From the IMG/VR virus record IMGVR_UViG_3300027782_000040: DNA of 64,000 nucleotides. The stretch is one strand, 5' to 3'. The stretch is from a virus. Shown in pieces: positions 1-10,984 of the stretch. The position numbers were made by a program, and so were the translations under genes. The notes beneath the pieces were generated by a model. That model had not been told where the DNA came from, ran no database searches, and was given only the letters and a program-made list of their open reading frames with translations. Position 1 is the first letter of the stretch, and the number at the start of each line of letters is the position of its first letter.

Positions 1-116
1 AAGAAGTTAATTTTGGTGAAATCTTAAATAAACCTCAATATAAAGATATTAGTGACTTTGCAGCTCAAGCCTGTAGTGGAACTGATGGTTCTTGCGATAT
101 AACAAGAATTAATTAA
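1..116 (+). CDS. C-terminal end of a ribonucleotide reductase (class II/NrdJ-like), truncated by window start
   Basis: Frame 3 reads EVNFGEILNKPQYKDISDFAAQACSGTDGSCDITRIN*. The C-terminal AQAC-x-G...C-D-I cysteine pair is typical of RNR tails. Confidence 0.6.
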   Translation, partial: EVNFGEILNKPQYKDISDFAAQACSGTDGSCDITRIN

Positions 117-280
117 TGGTAGAAGGGGTAGATTATTACATAGATGAGAAGTCAGGGCTTATGGTTCTGACTTCTCTTTTTTTATTAAAGAGAGGGTACT
201 GTTGTGGTAACGGATGTTCAGGATGCCCTTACTTACCCCCATATCAAAAGGGAAACACAAAAATAAAAGAAGATACATAA
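116..280 (+). CDS. Small Cys-rich protein (DUF5522-like), 54 aa, not in ORF track
   Basis: MVEGVDYYIDEKSGLMVLTSLFLLKRGYCCGNGCSGCPY... The ATG overlaps the upstream TAA. The RGYCCGNGC..CPY signature is present. Confidence 0.75.
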   Translation: MVEGVDYYIDEKSGLMVLTSLFLLKRGYCCGNGCSGCPYLPPYQKGNTKIKEDT

Positions 281-298
281 CCATTTTCGTATTGTTTA

Positions 299-305
299 TA
301 TTTAT
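299..305 (+). promoter_or_regulatory. TATTTAT putative late promoter (representative copy)
   Basis: The same heptamer occurs at 2638, 10962, 20972, 21768, 22356, 25755, 30583, 37651, 39626, 43708, 48457, 51108 and 61795, each 5-25 nt before an ATG. Confidence 0.7.
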
Positions 306-310
306 TGAAT

Positions 311-763
311 ATGGCAGCAACCTATGGAATAGATTTCCCATTTAGGGATAGTTTAGAAGGAAAGTTTTTAAAGATGACTGGTACTCCCGAAAGAGAGATT
401 AGAGCGGATTTAATACACCTCCTATTGACAAAGAAGGGTAGTAGATATTTTCTACCTGATTTTGGTACTAGATTGTATCAATACATCTTTGACCAAAACG
501 ACGCTGTTACATTTGGATTAATTGAAAGTGAAATTCGTGATTCTGTAAAAAAATATATCCCTAATTTGGATTTAACCTCAATAGTAGTGGTTTCAGCAGA
601 AGACGACCCAGACCAAATTAATTCACTACAAGAAAATGAAGATAATAGACTTTTTAGGGTTTCTAGTCATTCTGAAAAACCACATACGGCTGTAGTTAAA
701 ATTGAATATACAGTAAATAACGGAGCATTTACGTCTTCGGATTTTATAATACTAAACATTTAA
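311..763 (+). CDS. Baseplate wedge protein, gp25/GPW-like
   Basis: YGIDFPF, LLLTKKGSRYFLPDFGTRLYQYIFD motifs. ATG at 311 follows TATTTAT. Confidence 0.9.
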   Translation: MAATYGIDFPFRDSLEGKFLKMTGTPEREIRADLIHLLLTKKGSRYFLPDFGTRLYQYIFDQNDAVTFGLIESEIRDSVKKYIPNLDLTSIVVVSAEDDPDQINSLQENEDNRLFRVSSHSEKPHTAVVKIEYTVNNGAFTSSDFIILNI

Positions 764-764
764 G

Positions 765-2597
765 ATGAGTAAAAAAATATCATACGCAACAAGAGATTTT
801 GCGGGTTTAAGGGAAGAGTTAGTAAATCTAACCACACAATATTATCCTGACTTGGTTAAGAACACCAACGACGCATCAATATTTTCAGTATTATTAGATT
901 TAAATGCTGCGGTTGCAGATAACCTACACTTTCATATAGATAGAGTTTGGCAAGAAACAATGTTAGATTTTGCTCAACAAAGACAATCGTTATTTCATAT
1001 TGCGAAAACTTATGGTATGAAAATACCATGTAAAAGACCTTCAGTTGCGTTATGTGACTTTTCAATGAATGTTCCGGTTAGAGGTGATAAAGAAGATGAA
1101 AGATATTTGGGAATTATGAGATCAGGAACACAAGTATCGGGAGGAGGACAAATTTTTGAAACAGTAGAGGATGTAGATTTTTCAAATCCATTTAATAGTA
1201 AAGGTGAACCAAATAGATTAAAAATACCAAATTTTAATGCTAATAATCAATTAGTGTCTTATACAATCACAAAAAGAGAGGCGGTAGTTAATGGAGTTAC
1301 AAGAATATATAGGAGAGTAATTACATCATTAGACCAAAAGCCATTTTTAAAATTATATTTACCTGAACAAGATGTGTTAGGTGTTAGTAGTATCATACAT
1401 AAAGATGGTACTAACTTTGGTGCAAATCCTACCTCAAATGAATTTAGTGATTTAACAAATAAATGGTATGAAGTTAAAAGTTTGGTACAGGATAAAGTTT
1501 TTGTTCCAGACCCAACCGCAGTATCGGATAAAAATAATTTTAAGGCGGGAACCAATAAAACCGTTACAAATAAATTCATAACTGAATACACACCAGAAGG
1601 ATATTTTTCAGTTACATTCGGTTCAGGTAATGTTGACCCATTAGATAATTTAGATAGTCATATGAATGGTACAATGAAAGTTAACCTTTCAACCTATCTT
1701 AATAATATGTCATTGGGTGCAATACCAAAATCAAGTACAACCTTATTCATAAAATACAGAGTTGGTGGAGGTAAAGATTCCAATTTAGGTGTGAATGTTA
1801 TCACGAGTATTGATAATATGGAATTGGACGTTAACGGACCTATATCTTCTATTAACACACAAGTGACTCAATCTATGAGAGTTACAAATATAACACCTGC
1901 TGTCGGTGGTGCGGACCAACCAACAATTGAAGAATTAAGAAACATGATTTCTTTTAACTTTGCCGCACAAAATAGAGCGGTAACATTGAACGATTATAAA
2001 TCAATAATTGAGTTGATGCCAGCAACATTCGGAGCACCAGCAAAAGTGAATGTCATTGAAGAAGATAATAAGGTAAAAATTAAAATTTTATCTTATGACG
2101 ATAATGGTAATTTATCTGATACAGTTTCAAATACATTAAAAAGTAATATAATTGAATATCTTTCTGAATATAGAATGATAAATGACTATATTGACATTGC
2201 AAGTGGGGAAGTTATTGACTTATCATTGGAAATGGATATTGTCATCGATAAAAACGAAAACCCGACAGATGTCATTAAAACAGCAATTAACGATACCATA
2301 GATTTCTTTGATAATTCTAAAAGAAAAATGGGTGACCCATTATTTGTTGGAGATTTAATTAGACATATTGGTCAAATACCTGGTGTAGTGAATGTAATCG
2401 ATATCAGGGCATATAATAAGATTGGTGGGTTATATTCATCATCGGAAACTGCAATGGCATATAAAGACACTTTAACCAAGGAAATTTTACAGTCAGATAT
2501 GACCATTTTTATGAAGTCTAACCAAATATTCCAAATAAGGTTCCCTAATAGTGATATTAGAGTTAGAACTAAAACATTAGGAACGACTACATATTAA
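765..2597 (+). CDS. Baseplate wedge subunit (gp6/baseplate J-like)
   Basis: ISYATRDF N-terminus, YRVGGG, GGAD...AQNRAVTLNDY motifs. Follows gp25-like gene. Confidence 0.9.
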   Translation: MSKKISYATRDFAGLREELVNLTTQYYPDLVKNTNDASIFSVLLDLNAAVADNLHFHIDRVWQETMLDFAQQRQSLFHIAKTYGMKIPCKRPSVALCDFSMNVPVRGDKEDERYLGIMRSGTQVSGGGQIFETVEDVDFSNPFNSKGEPNRLKIPNFNANNQLVSYTITKREAVVNGVTRIYRRVITSLDQKPFLKLYLPEQDVLGVSSIIHKDGTNFGANPTSNEFSDLTNKWYEVKSLVQDKVFVPDPTAVSDKNNFKAGTNKTVTNKFITEYTPEGYFSVTFGSGNVDPLDNLDSHMNGTMKVNLSTYLNNMSLGAIPKSSTTLFIKYRVGGGKDSNLGVNVITSIDNMELDVNGPISSINTQVTQSMRVTNITPAVGGADQPTIEELRNMISFNFAAQNRAVTLNDYKSIIELMPATFGAPAKVNVIEEDNKVKIKILSYDDNGNLSDTVSNTLKSNIIEYLSEYRMINDYIDIASGEVIDLSLEMDIVIDKNENPTDVIKTAINDTIDFFDNSKRKMGDPLFVGDLIRHIGQIPGVVNVIDIRAYNKIGGLYSSSETAMAYKDTLTKEILQSDMTIFMKSNQIFQIRFPNSDIRVRTKTLGTTTY

Positions 2598-2651
2598 AAT
2601 GTTTTTTGTTTATAATAGTAGAAAATCTCCTTTTTTCTATTTATTAAAAGA

Positions 2652-5600
2652 ATGATACAGAAGCATAGAATATCCACAAACATTGGGAAGGACCAAATAG
2701 TCAATCTTGAATTAAAACAAGATTTTGATTTTTTGGAAGTTCTATCATTAAGATTCACTCAAAAGGATGTTTATTCATCAATGTGTTCGGATTACGGTGT
2801 GGTATGTGGTAGAATTACTGTTAACAATGGTTTAGGTGTACCAAACGCCAGAGTATCGTTATTTGTTCCACAATTACAAATTCATTCAAATGATCCAGTT
2901 ATATCTGCGTTATATCCATATACAGAAATTGGGGACAAAGACAGTAACAATTATAGATACAATTTGTTACCATCAAGAAAACAACATGGCGGACATGAAC
3001 CAACCGGTACATTTTTTGACCAAGAAGATATTTTAACAAGAGAAGAAGTTTTAGAAGTGTATGAAACTTATTATTCGTATACAGTTAAAACTAATAGTTC
3101 TGGTGATTTTATGATTTGGGGGGTTCCATTAGGACAACAAACAATTCACGTTGATGTTGATTTATCTGATATTGGTTGTTTCTCTTTAAGACCTGATGAT
3201 TTTATTAGACAAGGTGCTGGTTTAGACCAATTTAAAACATCATACGCTTTTAAAGCATCAGAAGATTTAAATTCGTTACCACAAATTGTTTCATTTGATA
3301 AAACGATTGAAGTTTATCCTTTTTGGGGTAATAATGATTTTTGTGAAATTGGTTTAACAAGAACTGATTTTGATTTATCCGATAAAGGTGTAAGAATTGA
3401 ACCAAAAGCAATTTTATTAGGTTCAATATTTTCTGACCAAGGGAATAGTACTGTAAATAAAAATTGTACTTTAAGAGATGGAATGGGTAATAAATGTAAC
3501 TTAATAACCGAACCAGCAACGGTTGAAATATTAAGATTTACAAATAAAAAAGACGAAAATAATAGACCAATATTGGAACTTATGGAAACAAGTGAAGATA
3601 TTGATGATAGTGGTTCGTTTATGATTTCAGTTCCAATGAATATGGAATATGTTTACACAAACGAATTTGGTGAGAACGAAATTACAAACGACCCAAATAA
3701 AGGGGTACCAACATCCGCATGTTATAGATTTAGAGTATCAACAAAAAATGAATCATTAGGTAGGGTTAGAACTGTAGCTTCTTATTTAATTCCAAATATT
3801 AGGGAATATGCAACAACGGAATCAGAAATTGATAAATCATATACTTGGTCAACAAATTGGAATGATTATCCGACGGGGGCAACAAACAATAACATCCTTT
3901 TTAATAATGTTAATGGGTCATATTACCCACAAGATTATTTTTATAGATTTAATTATAATAAAATTTATAGTGTATCGTCATTTTTTGGATCTTATAGTGA
4001 AGGTAATTTAGGGATTACACAAATAGCACCAAAGGAGGAAGACGATTGTCAAAACAATTCACTCACACCTCCAATTAATCATGCGACACAAACAGTTACC
4101 TTCGCAATTTTATTGGCTATAATATTGAACACATTCGAAAGAATAAGTTATTACACAATCATTGCGGCTATACAGGTTTTAATTGTTCCATTTCAAGCAT
4201 TATATAATTGGCACATATACATACGTGCTTTAAAAGTAACATTGATAGATTATTATCCATTTAGGGCGGGTGGTATTATTGATGTTGATACTAAAGTTAT
4301 TGAACCATTACAAAGATTCGGTACTGTTCGTTTAGGTATTGCAATATATCCTGAATGTGAAACATGTGACAACTTAGATTATATAAATGATTTGCCAACA
4401 ACAACGACAGATCCAGAATTAACGTTTCTTAAAGTTGCAACAGGAACAGGTGTTACGGATACATCTTTATACGCCACATGTGGGGTTGAGATTTTTGACG
4501 AATCAAGTGTTAGGATATTTTTATCAATTCCAACTACTGGAACCACATGTGCATCCGTATCACCTATCTTCACAACGACAGGTACCACTATAACTAATAT
4601 TATTGATAATCCAGGTAGATACATTATAAAATTTAACGATACAGGAGAATATGGAAATCTTAGTGTTTATGGGTATGACATATCGGGATCAGGAACAACA
4701 GCATATTATTACGATGATACAACGGGTTTAAGTTATACAGGTCAAACATTACCGACAGGAAGTATAGGATATGAAATATTTGATTCACTATCATTTTTAA
4801 TTGGAGGTTCAAATACTTCAGGATTAAATAGTGAATTAGAAGGAGGATGTCAACAATATGTTACCGTGTATAAAGAATCAATTGTTTATGGAACATATTG
4901 TGCTAGTAACGCATCTACACCATATAGTGGATTAACATCGGCAAATATAAAATTAGGTACTGTTTGTACCACAGGTATAACCGTTGGTCAAGTTATTGCT
5001 GGTGTTAATAGTAATCCTTGTGGTACATGTGGCACACACAGTGGATTTTCTGAATTTAGATATGGATTATTTACAATTATACCGGCGGCGGCAATTGCCA
5101 ATTGGGGAGATAATTTTGATGCAATTACCGAATACGCAAGAAGAAAACTTGTTGCTAAAGTGTTCTGTGGTGGTATAGCAAATTATAAATTTATTGACAA
5201 TTGGTTGACCGGTTCATTATATATGTTTCCATTTAAAGCAAAAGTTAGATGGGATAATGAGGAAACATTAGATTTAAATGTTAGAAGAACAAAATATTGT
5301 CCAGATTTAGTTTATTTTAAAGCAGGTACGGTGGAAAATCCTGATAAAAGATTTTATTATAGATCTACATATTTTAATGGTACAACATTTAGTAGAAGTA
5401 GTAGAGAAAGTTTAGGTCACCCAACAACAATTGTTGATTTAGGACCAAGAGATGAATTTATAAAAGAAATATGTGTGGACCCACAATTAGACCCAAACTG
5501 TTCGGTTGTTAGAGATATTGGACCAACATCCTATCAAAATTTTAAAGAGATGTTAGGGTTATATATTAATTATAAATTAGATTATTTAGCAACAGACCAA

Positions 5601-6467
5601 AATACAACAGGTGATTACAATTCATTTTTTGAAAACAATGGATACGGTGTACCTGGAACGGTAATGAATGGGGACATTCTTCAACTAATTTCAATAAATA
5701 ATGAAGTTGGCATTGAAGAATTTGATTTACAAAATAGAAATTACGCAGCATATAATCCACAAGTGTTGGATGTTGAACAATATCCTGGATTATTGGATGG
5801 AGGACCACTACCAATAAATCTCGTATTAGATGATGGTGAAGGATATAGAGTTAGGGCATGTTTAAATGAACCCGGAAGATTGACTGAATCATCACAAAAA
5901 GTTCCATTTTACTTGTGGGAAAAAGGTGGTACAGGTTTTGGTTCGAGTGTTAATCAACATTGGGACTATACTACACCAATCTCAACTGCAAATGGTAATT
6001 TACAACCATTACAAGGTATGACCTATAATTACAAATACAGTGGAGATACGACACACAAATATTTGTTATTACCAATGACAAAACAATATAGTGGTGATAC
6101 GTTTACATATACAGGTGTAACATATAATGATGTGTATGCGGATATTGAAACAACAGGAGCAACACATACAACTTATAATAATCAAGAAGAAGGATTCACA
6201 GTACTCGAAATTGCCACAGGCACATTAGATAATCCATTAACGGGAACACTATGGATTAGAACGGGAGAAACAAGTAATTGGGCATCAAAGGCATGGACAA
6301 ACGACCTTGATTTTATGGTAAAACCAACATCAACAAATTACGATGGTACAAAACAAATACTATCAACACCATTTCTGTTTTATTTTGGATTAAGACCAGG
6401 TAAAACCGCAATAGATAAACTAATAGAAAAATACGGACCAAAAGGTGCGTTCCCGTCTGCTGAATAA
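2652..6467 (+). CDS. Large baseplate/tail structural protein
   Basis: 1271 aa with an N-terminal beta-sandwich-like part (YGVVCGRITVNNGLGVPNARVSLF), an internal hydrophobic segment and C-terminal PFLFYFGLRPGKTA. Baseplate context. Confidence 0.65.
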   Translation: MIQKHRISTNIGKDQIVNLELKQDFDFLEVLSLRFTQKDVYSSMCSDYGVVCGRITVNNGLGVPNARVSLFVPQLQIHSNDPVISALYPYTEIGDKDSNNYRYNLLPSRKQHGGHEPTGTFFDQEDILTREEVLEVYETYYSYTVKTNSSGDFMIWGVPLGQQTIHVDVDLSDIGCFSLRPDDFIRQGAGLDQFKTSYAFKASEDLNSLPQIVSFDKTIEVYPFWGNNDFCEIGLTRTDFDLSDKGVRIEPKAILLGSIFSDQGNSTVNKNCTLRDGMGNKCNLITEPATVEILRFTNKKDENNRPILELMETSEDIDDSGSFMISVPMNMEYVYTNEFGENEITNDPNKGVPTSACYRFRVSTKNESLGRVRTVASYLIPNIREYATTESEIDKSYTWSTNWNDYPTGATNNNILFNNVNGSYYPQDYFYRFNYNKIYSVSSFFGSYSEGNLGITQIAPKEEDDCQNNSLTPPINHATQTVTFAILLAIILNTFERISYYTIIAAIQVLIVPFQALYNWHIYIRALKVTLIDYYPFRAGGIIDVDTKVIEPLQRFGTVRLGIAIYPECETCDNLDYINDLPTTTTDPELTFLKVATGTGVTDTSLYATCGVEIFDESSVRIFLSIPTTGTTCASVSPIFTTTGTTITNIIDNPGRYIIKFNDTGEYGNLSVYGYDISGSGTTAYYYDDTTGLSYTGQTLPTGSIGYEIFDSLSFLIGGSNTSGLNSELEGGCQQYVTVYKESIVYGTYCASNASTPYSGLTSANIKLGTVCTTGITVGQVIAGVNSNPCGTCGTHSGFSEFRYGLFTIIPAAAIANWGDNFDAITEYARRKLVAKVFCGGIANYKFIDNWLTGSLYMFPFKAKVRWDNEETLDLNVRRTKYCPDLVYFKAGTVENPDKRFYYRSTYFNGTTFSRSSRESLGHPTTIVDLGPRDEFIKEICVDPQLDPNCSVVRDIGPTSYQNFKEMLGLYINYKLDYLATDQNTTGDYNSFFENNGYGVPGTVMNGDILQLISINNEVGIEEFDLQNRNYAAYNPQVLDVEQYPGLLDGGPLPINLVLDDGEGYRVRACLNEPGRLTESSQKVPFYLWEKGGTGFGSSVNQHWDYTTPISTANGNLQPLQGMTYNYKYSGDTTHKYLLLPMTKQYSGDTFTYTGVTYNDVYADIETTGATHTTYNNQEEGFTVLEIATGTLDNPLTGTLWIRTGETSNWASKAWTNDLDFMVKPTSTNYDGTKQILSTPFLFYFGLRPGKTAIDKLIEKYGPKGAFPSAE

Positions 6468-8248
6468 TGGAAAAGAAACAAATCATATTACCAAGTAAAA
6501 AGTTCGCAAAGGCGGATGACCAAGAATTAGAATTAAAACTAAATCTTGATAATAGTGATACACTTATGCGAATAGGTGAAAGGGATATAATATTAGATAT
6601 AGATGAACAATATTATAAAGAACGTAATGAAAGTATAAATTATAAGATATACGGAAAATTAAAAATGATTTTTAGAAATTTATATTCCGGTAGTACAGGT
6701 TCATATGAACCTTTAACGAAGAGTCTTTATTTAAATGGTGATGGTAGTGATAATAATTTCAATGGATTTTTACCATATGATGAATTTGCATTTTTAAGAA
6801 GGGACGTTTATAGGGAAGTAAATTTACCAGTAACTGGAAATACAATAGGGACCTTTACACCAAATATAGTAAAATCAGGATCAACGGCACACACAACTAT
6901 AACACCAATATCGGCACCATATCAAAATTGGAATTTATATTTAAGTTATGTGTATAGTGGTGATAGTAATTTTAATATGGTTTATACGTTAACAGGTGTA
7001 ACAGGTAGTACGAAAGTTAGTTTTACCGCTAAAGATGGTATACCATTTAGGGTTGTAAATTATAACACATACTATGAATTGACATCACCAGTTGAACATG
7101 GAATGAACGAAGGAGAACACGTGGTTTTATCAGGTGGAACGTTAACAGGATTATCAAACCCAACTGGTTCAACATTTTATATTAATTCAGTTGGTAATGA
7201 AACATTTGACTCTGGAAAATATGTTATTAATATTTTAAAGTCACAAATAAAAACAGGAACAACACTCAATACAATTATGTTAGGTAAAAGATGTAAAGAT
7301 TTTACCAATATCGTTCCCTCAACATCTAAATATTACGTTCACAAACATAAAACATTAACTAACACAGGTGGATATATAATGGATTCACTTGGATTTGAAA
7401 GTCCAGTGTTTGAAGATGAGAAAAAATTGTTACTTGAAAATAGTGCAGGAATAAATGATGTTGTGGTTGAAAGAAATAGAATGGAATCTGTTTTATACGA
7501 TTTTAAAGAACCATTTAAATTAAGCGGATTAACAAATAATTTAGGATTTAGTCCAACAAATGTTTTTGTTACTGCAATTTTTAGAAATGGAAATGGATAT
7601 TTTAATTATCCACCAAAGGTTGGATATAAATTTAATTTCCACGATACGTGGATTGATGAACATTTTAGTGGAACTACGTCAAACGAAACAAGTTTAACAA
7701 GTTCTGGATTTACAAAAAGTGGAGTTACATTTTTAAGTGGTCAAACATTACCAATCGGTTCAATATTAAATGGTGCCTTTGTTGAGTATAATCCAAAAGA
7801 AATGACCGAAAGAATTGTTAGTGAAGCATTTCATAAAATCACAAATCCCACAAATATATTTGACCATAATCAAGATATGAATGTAGATGGTTTTAGTGGT
7901 GCCACATCTGGAAATACAATGGGATTAATATACCAACCACATTATAGAATTAAATTAAGAGAATTATCACCATATACTGAAACGGCAAATACTAATGATA
8001 TTTTCAACTTACCTGAAAATGCAAAGTATGACCCATATGATAAAGTTTGGAGATGGAGAGATATATATGACCATGGTTATGTTGATTCCGATGGATTCGG
8101 AACAGATTTTCCTTTTATGAATGGAAATCATTATGTTAAAGCAAACATTAATTTCTATTTAAGAAATGAAAGATATTATAAAAATAAATCAAATGGAATA
8201 ATGAATTTCATGGATGTAAATAATAAAAATAGTAATTCAGATTGTTAA
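6467..8248 (+). CDS. Putative virion structural protein
   Basis: 593 aa, translationally coupled within the structural block, rich in [ST]GxT. Confidence 0.6.
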   Translation: MEKKQIILPSKKFAKADDQELELKLNLDNSDTLMRIGERDIILDIDEQYYKERNESINYKIYGKLKMIFRNLYSGSTGSYEPLTKSLYLNGDGSDNNFNGFLPYDEFAFLRRDVYREVNLPVTGNTIGTFTPNIVKSGSTAHTTITPISAPYQNWNLYLSYVYSGDSNFNMVYTLTGVTGSTKVSFTAKDGIPFRVVNYNTYYELTSPVEHGMNEGEHVVLSGGTLTGLSNPTGSTFYINSVGNETFDSGKYVINILKSQIKTGTTLNTIMLGKRCKDFTNIVPSTSKYYVHKHKTLTNTGGYIMDSLGFESPVFEDEKKLLLENSAGINDVVVERNRMESVLYDFKEPFKLSGLTNNLGFSPTNVFVTAIFRNGNGYFNYPPKVGYKFNFHDTWIDEHFSGTTSNETSLTSSGFTKSGVTFLSGQTLPIGSILNGAFVEYNPKEMTERIVSEAFHKITNPTNIFDHNQDMNVDGFSGATSGNTMGLIYQPHYRIKLRELSPYTETANTNDIFNLPENAKYDPYDKVWRWRDIYDHGYVDSDGFGTDFPFMNGNHYVKANINFYLRNERYYKNKSNGIMNFMDVNNKNSNSDC

Positions 8249-8249
8249 C

Positions 8250-10061
8250 ATGAAAATATTAAGAAAAGATACTGATTTAAATATATTATTGAATACTGAA
8301 ACTGATTTTCAAACAAATCTCGGTTGGGAAGAAAACTTGAAAGAATTTGAAACTGAAATATTAAGTGATATTATTAACCCAATTGAAAATTATGAAACGG
8401 TTAGATATATTCATAAACCATATACGTCTAGTGGAGTAACACAAACCGATATTTGGTTTTATTTTTATTTTCAAAGCGGTGGAACATATGTTCAAGATTA
8501 TACCCCACAAGGTATAAGTTCACAAGAAAATGAACATATGTTAAAACAGGCGACTGAGAGTTTTTTTAGATTAGAGTTTTTTAAAACACCAGGAACTGTA
8601 TCAAGTAATATATTAACATGTGAACCACCAACAAGACAAAATAGAAAATTAATATTTGCAAAAAATTTGTCATTACCGTTAGGTGAGAAAATGTTTTATA
8701 ATCCACTTAATGGTTATATACATTTACCTGTTTTTAGAGGATCAAATTATAGTAATAAAGAAAATATGTATTTCTTTTGGTTCCAAGATGAAAGTGTTTT
8801 AACTGAAACTAATTTAAGTGGTACAACAACAGGTAACACCTTCTTTATGACAGCAAAGTTTTATAATGCAAAAGAAGGTACAATTTTAGATTTTACAAAT
8901 GATTGTTACAGTACGGGTCACACTATTACTGAACAAAATGATATGTACTATCAAGTTGATATTAATAAAACAGATTATTCGTATCAAGTTTATTATTACA
9001 ATGGTGTAGTAAAATGTGAAGAAGTTGGTTTTACAAACAAACCAATAATGTTTTTTGAAAGAGGAGGTGGAACGGCACCAACTAACATAGTATATCACAC
9101 ATGTTCAAATGTAACACCTACACCGACACCAACTGCAACCCGTGTAGCAACACCAACACCAACTCCAACTCCAACACAAACTCAAACACCAAGTGGATCA
9201 TCATCGGGACCAACTTATTATAGTGATGTTGTTGGTCGGAGCGCATCGTCAGTAAGTGATGCTTGTAGTCAAGTAAGTACAATTGGGGTTACGGGAAGTG
9301 GAACCTTATTCTGTAATTCGGCAACATTTACATCTACGGACGGATATTCAATGGGTACTGGAAATTATTATTTATCAAACGGTTCAAAATATGTACAAGT
9401 ATCACATACTATTTATACGAATCTATTTACTGTCATCGGTGGTGGTTGTACAACATGTCCTGGCGTAACAATATACGATTGGTACACACTTGAAAATTGT
9501 TGGGACCAAACTACTGGTTATACAACAGGTCTTACAGTAGGAACATATGCTGTAAATAATAGAGTAACAACATTTTTAGATATTGGTACAATATGGAAAG
9601 TAATTGCAATTAGCTCAAGTAATCCGGCACCATTAATAAATAAAATATCTGTCGCACCAAGTTTAGATTATTTTAGTGCAATACAAAATGGTTGTCCACC
9701 AATATTTGAATATTTTTTAAGTGATCCATATACAGGTACCACATTATTCTGTTCATCACCTGGTAAATCAACTGGAACATTAATAAAAACGTTTTCACCT
9801 ACAATATCAGAAATTTTAAATTATCCAGTTTATAATTCAAGTAAAGTTTTATTTGAAGGTGCGGGTAATGATTATAATTATTTTATTTCCACCTCTGCTG
9901 GTGTAAATTCATATACAAACGGTAGCACACCTTTAAGTAACAATAGAATATTAATAAAAATTGACGGTACAATAACAAACAACGGTGCAGGAACCCCTGG
10001 TTACGTTTTAGATGTATATTCAACACCTTGTAGTGGAGGTGGCGGAGGAGGAAACTTATAA
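8250..10061 (+). CDS. Putative virion protein with Pro-Thr linker and Cys-containing C-terminal domains
   Basis: 603 aa. TPTPTP linker at about 9112-9195. Confidence 0.6.
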   Translation: MKILRKDTDLNILLNTETDFQTNLGWEENLKEFETEILSDIINPIENYETVRYIHKPYTSSGVTQTDIWFYFYFQSGGTYVQDYTPQGISSQENEHMLKQATESFFRLEFFKTPGTVSSNILTCEPPTRQNRKLIFAKNLSLPLGEKMFYNPLNGYIHLPVFRGSNYSNKENMYFFWFQDESVLTETNLSGTTTGNTFFMTAKFYNAKEGTILDFTNDCYSTGHTITEQNDMYYQVDINKTDYSYQVYYYNGVVKCEEVGFTNKPIMFFERGGGTAPTNIVYHTCSNVTPTPTPTATRVATPTPTPTPTQTQTPSGSSSGPTYYSDVVGRSASSVSDACSQVSTIGVTGSGTLFCNSATFTSTDGYSMGTGNYYLSNGSKYVQVSHTIYTNLFTVIGGGCTTCPGVTIYDWYTLENCWDQTTGYTTGLTVGTYAVNNRVTTFLDIGTIWKVIAISSSNPAPLINKISVAPSLDYFSAIQNGCPPIFEYFLSDPYTGTTLFCSSPGKSTGTLIKTFSPTISEILNYPVYNSSKVLFEGAGNDYNYFISTSAGVNSYTNGSTPLSNNRILIKIDGTITNNGAGTPGYVLDVYSTPCSGGGGGGNL

Positions 10062-10070
10062 AAAATAATA

Positions 10071-10946
10071 ATGAAAAGAATTAACCATACCATTAAAAGA
10101 AAAAAAATACCTGAAGTGAAATTAGTTTCATTAACAGGTAAGACATGGTACGATTCAAATAATAACCCAACACCATGGACGGGTGACACTGAATTTTTAG
10201 TTACAGGTTTTACACCCGACACAGGTTATGTTGTTTATAACGTAACCGGTGGAACTGTAGATGGTGGTTATTATTATAAATGGAATACACCAACAGAAGA
10301 CACATGGAATTTAATTGTTGGTACAGGTACGACAGAACAAGAAATAGAAACCCATGTTAATAGCCAAATACATGAAGATTTTCAACTACCATTATTTTTA
10401 GAAGCAACGGCTGATGAAATGGGAGATATGGTTGATTTTGATAAAAATATTGGACATAATGAAATTAGTGCAAACTTCGCATATGAAAGTGTTTGTACTG
10501 AAACTGGTAGTACAATAACAATTAACAACACAACAACATATCAATTAGTTAATATAATTTTGGCTAATGATACGAATCCAGACGGAACAACGAATGTAAC
10601 GAGTGTTAGAAGATTGGCTACAGAAATATCCGAACAAAATGTTTTAGACGAATTAGAAGATTTTTTAGTGGTTGATGGACAAGATTTTTCAATATCGGGA
10701 TCATCATTTACGGTACATTGGGGAGACGAAACAACATCACCAATTGGAATTAATGGTAGTGTAACAAAATCATTTGATGTTGCCGAAGAAAAAACAATTA
10801 GAATAGTTTTTGAGTCACCATATTTAACAAATCAAGTGGTTAAAGTTGTTAATTGTGGTGAAACTGCAGTGAGTTACATGAGAATTAATACCGAAAACAA
10901 TGACCCTATTCAAAGTGAAAATAATAATTACATAAATGTCGATTAG
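10071..10946 (+). CDS. Putative structural protein with PKD-like C-terminal part and terminal TENxxxIxSENN motif
   Basis: FTVHWGD PKD-like motif. Ends INTENNDPIQSENNNYINVD. Confidence 0.55.
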   Translation: MKRINHTIKRKKIPEVKLVSLTGKTWYDSNNNPTPWTGDTEFLVTGFTPDTGYVVYNVTGGTVDGGYYYKWNTPTEDTWNLIVGTGTTEQEIETHVNSQIHEDFQLPLFLEATADEMGDMVDFDKNIGHNEISANFAYESVCTETGSTITINNTTTYQLVNIILANDTNPDGTTNVTSVRRLATEISEQNVLDELEDFLVVDGQDFSISGSSFTVHWGDETTSPIGINGSVTKSFDVAEEKTIRIVFESPYLTNQVVKVVNCGETAVSYMRINTENNDPIQSENNNYINVD

Positions 10947-10984
10947 AATCAAAAACTAATATATTTATTAGTTAATCAATAGCT

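Noticed and set aside
159-341. 60-aa minus-strand ORF and other short antisense ORFs in the track
   Set aside because: They overlap better-supported + strand genes and have no motifs.
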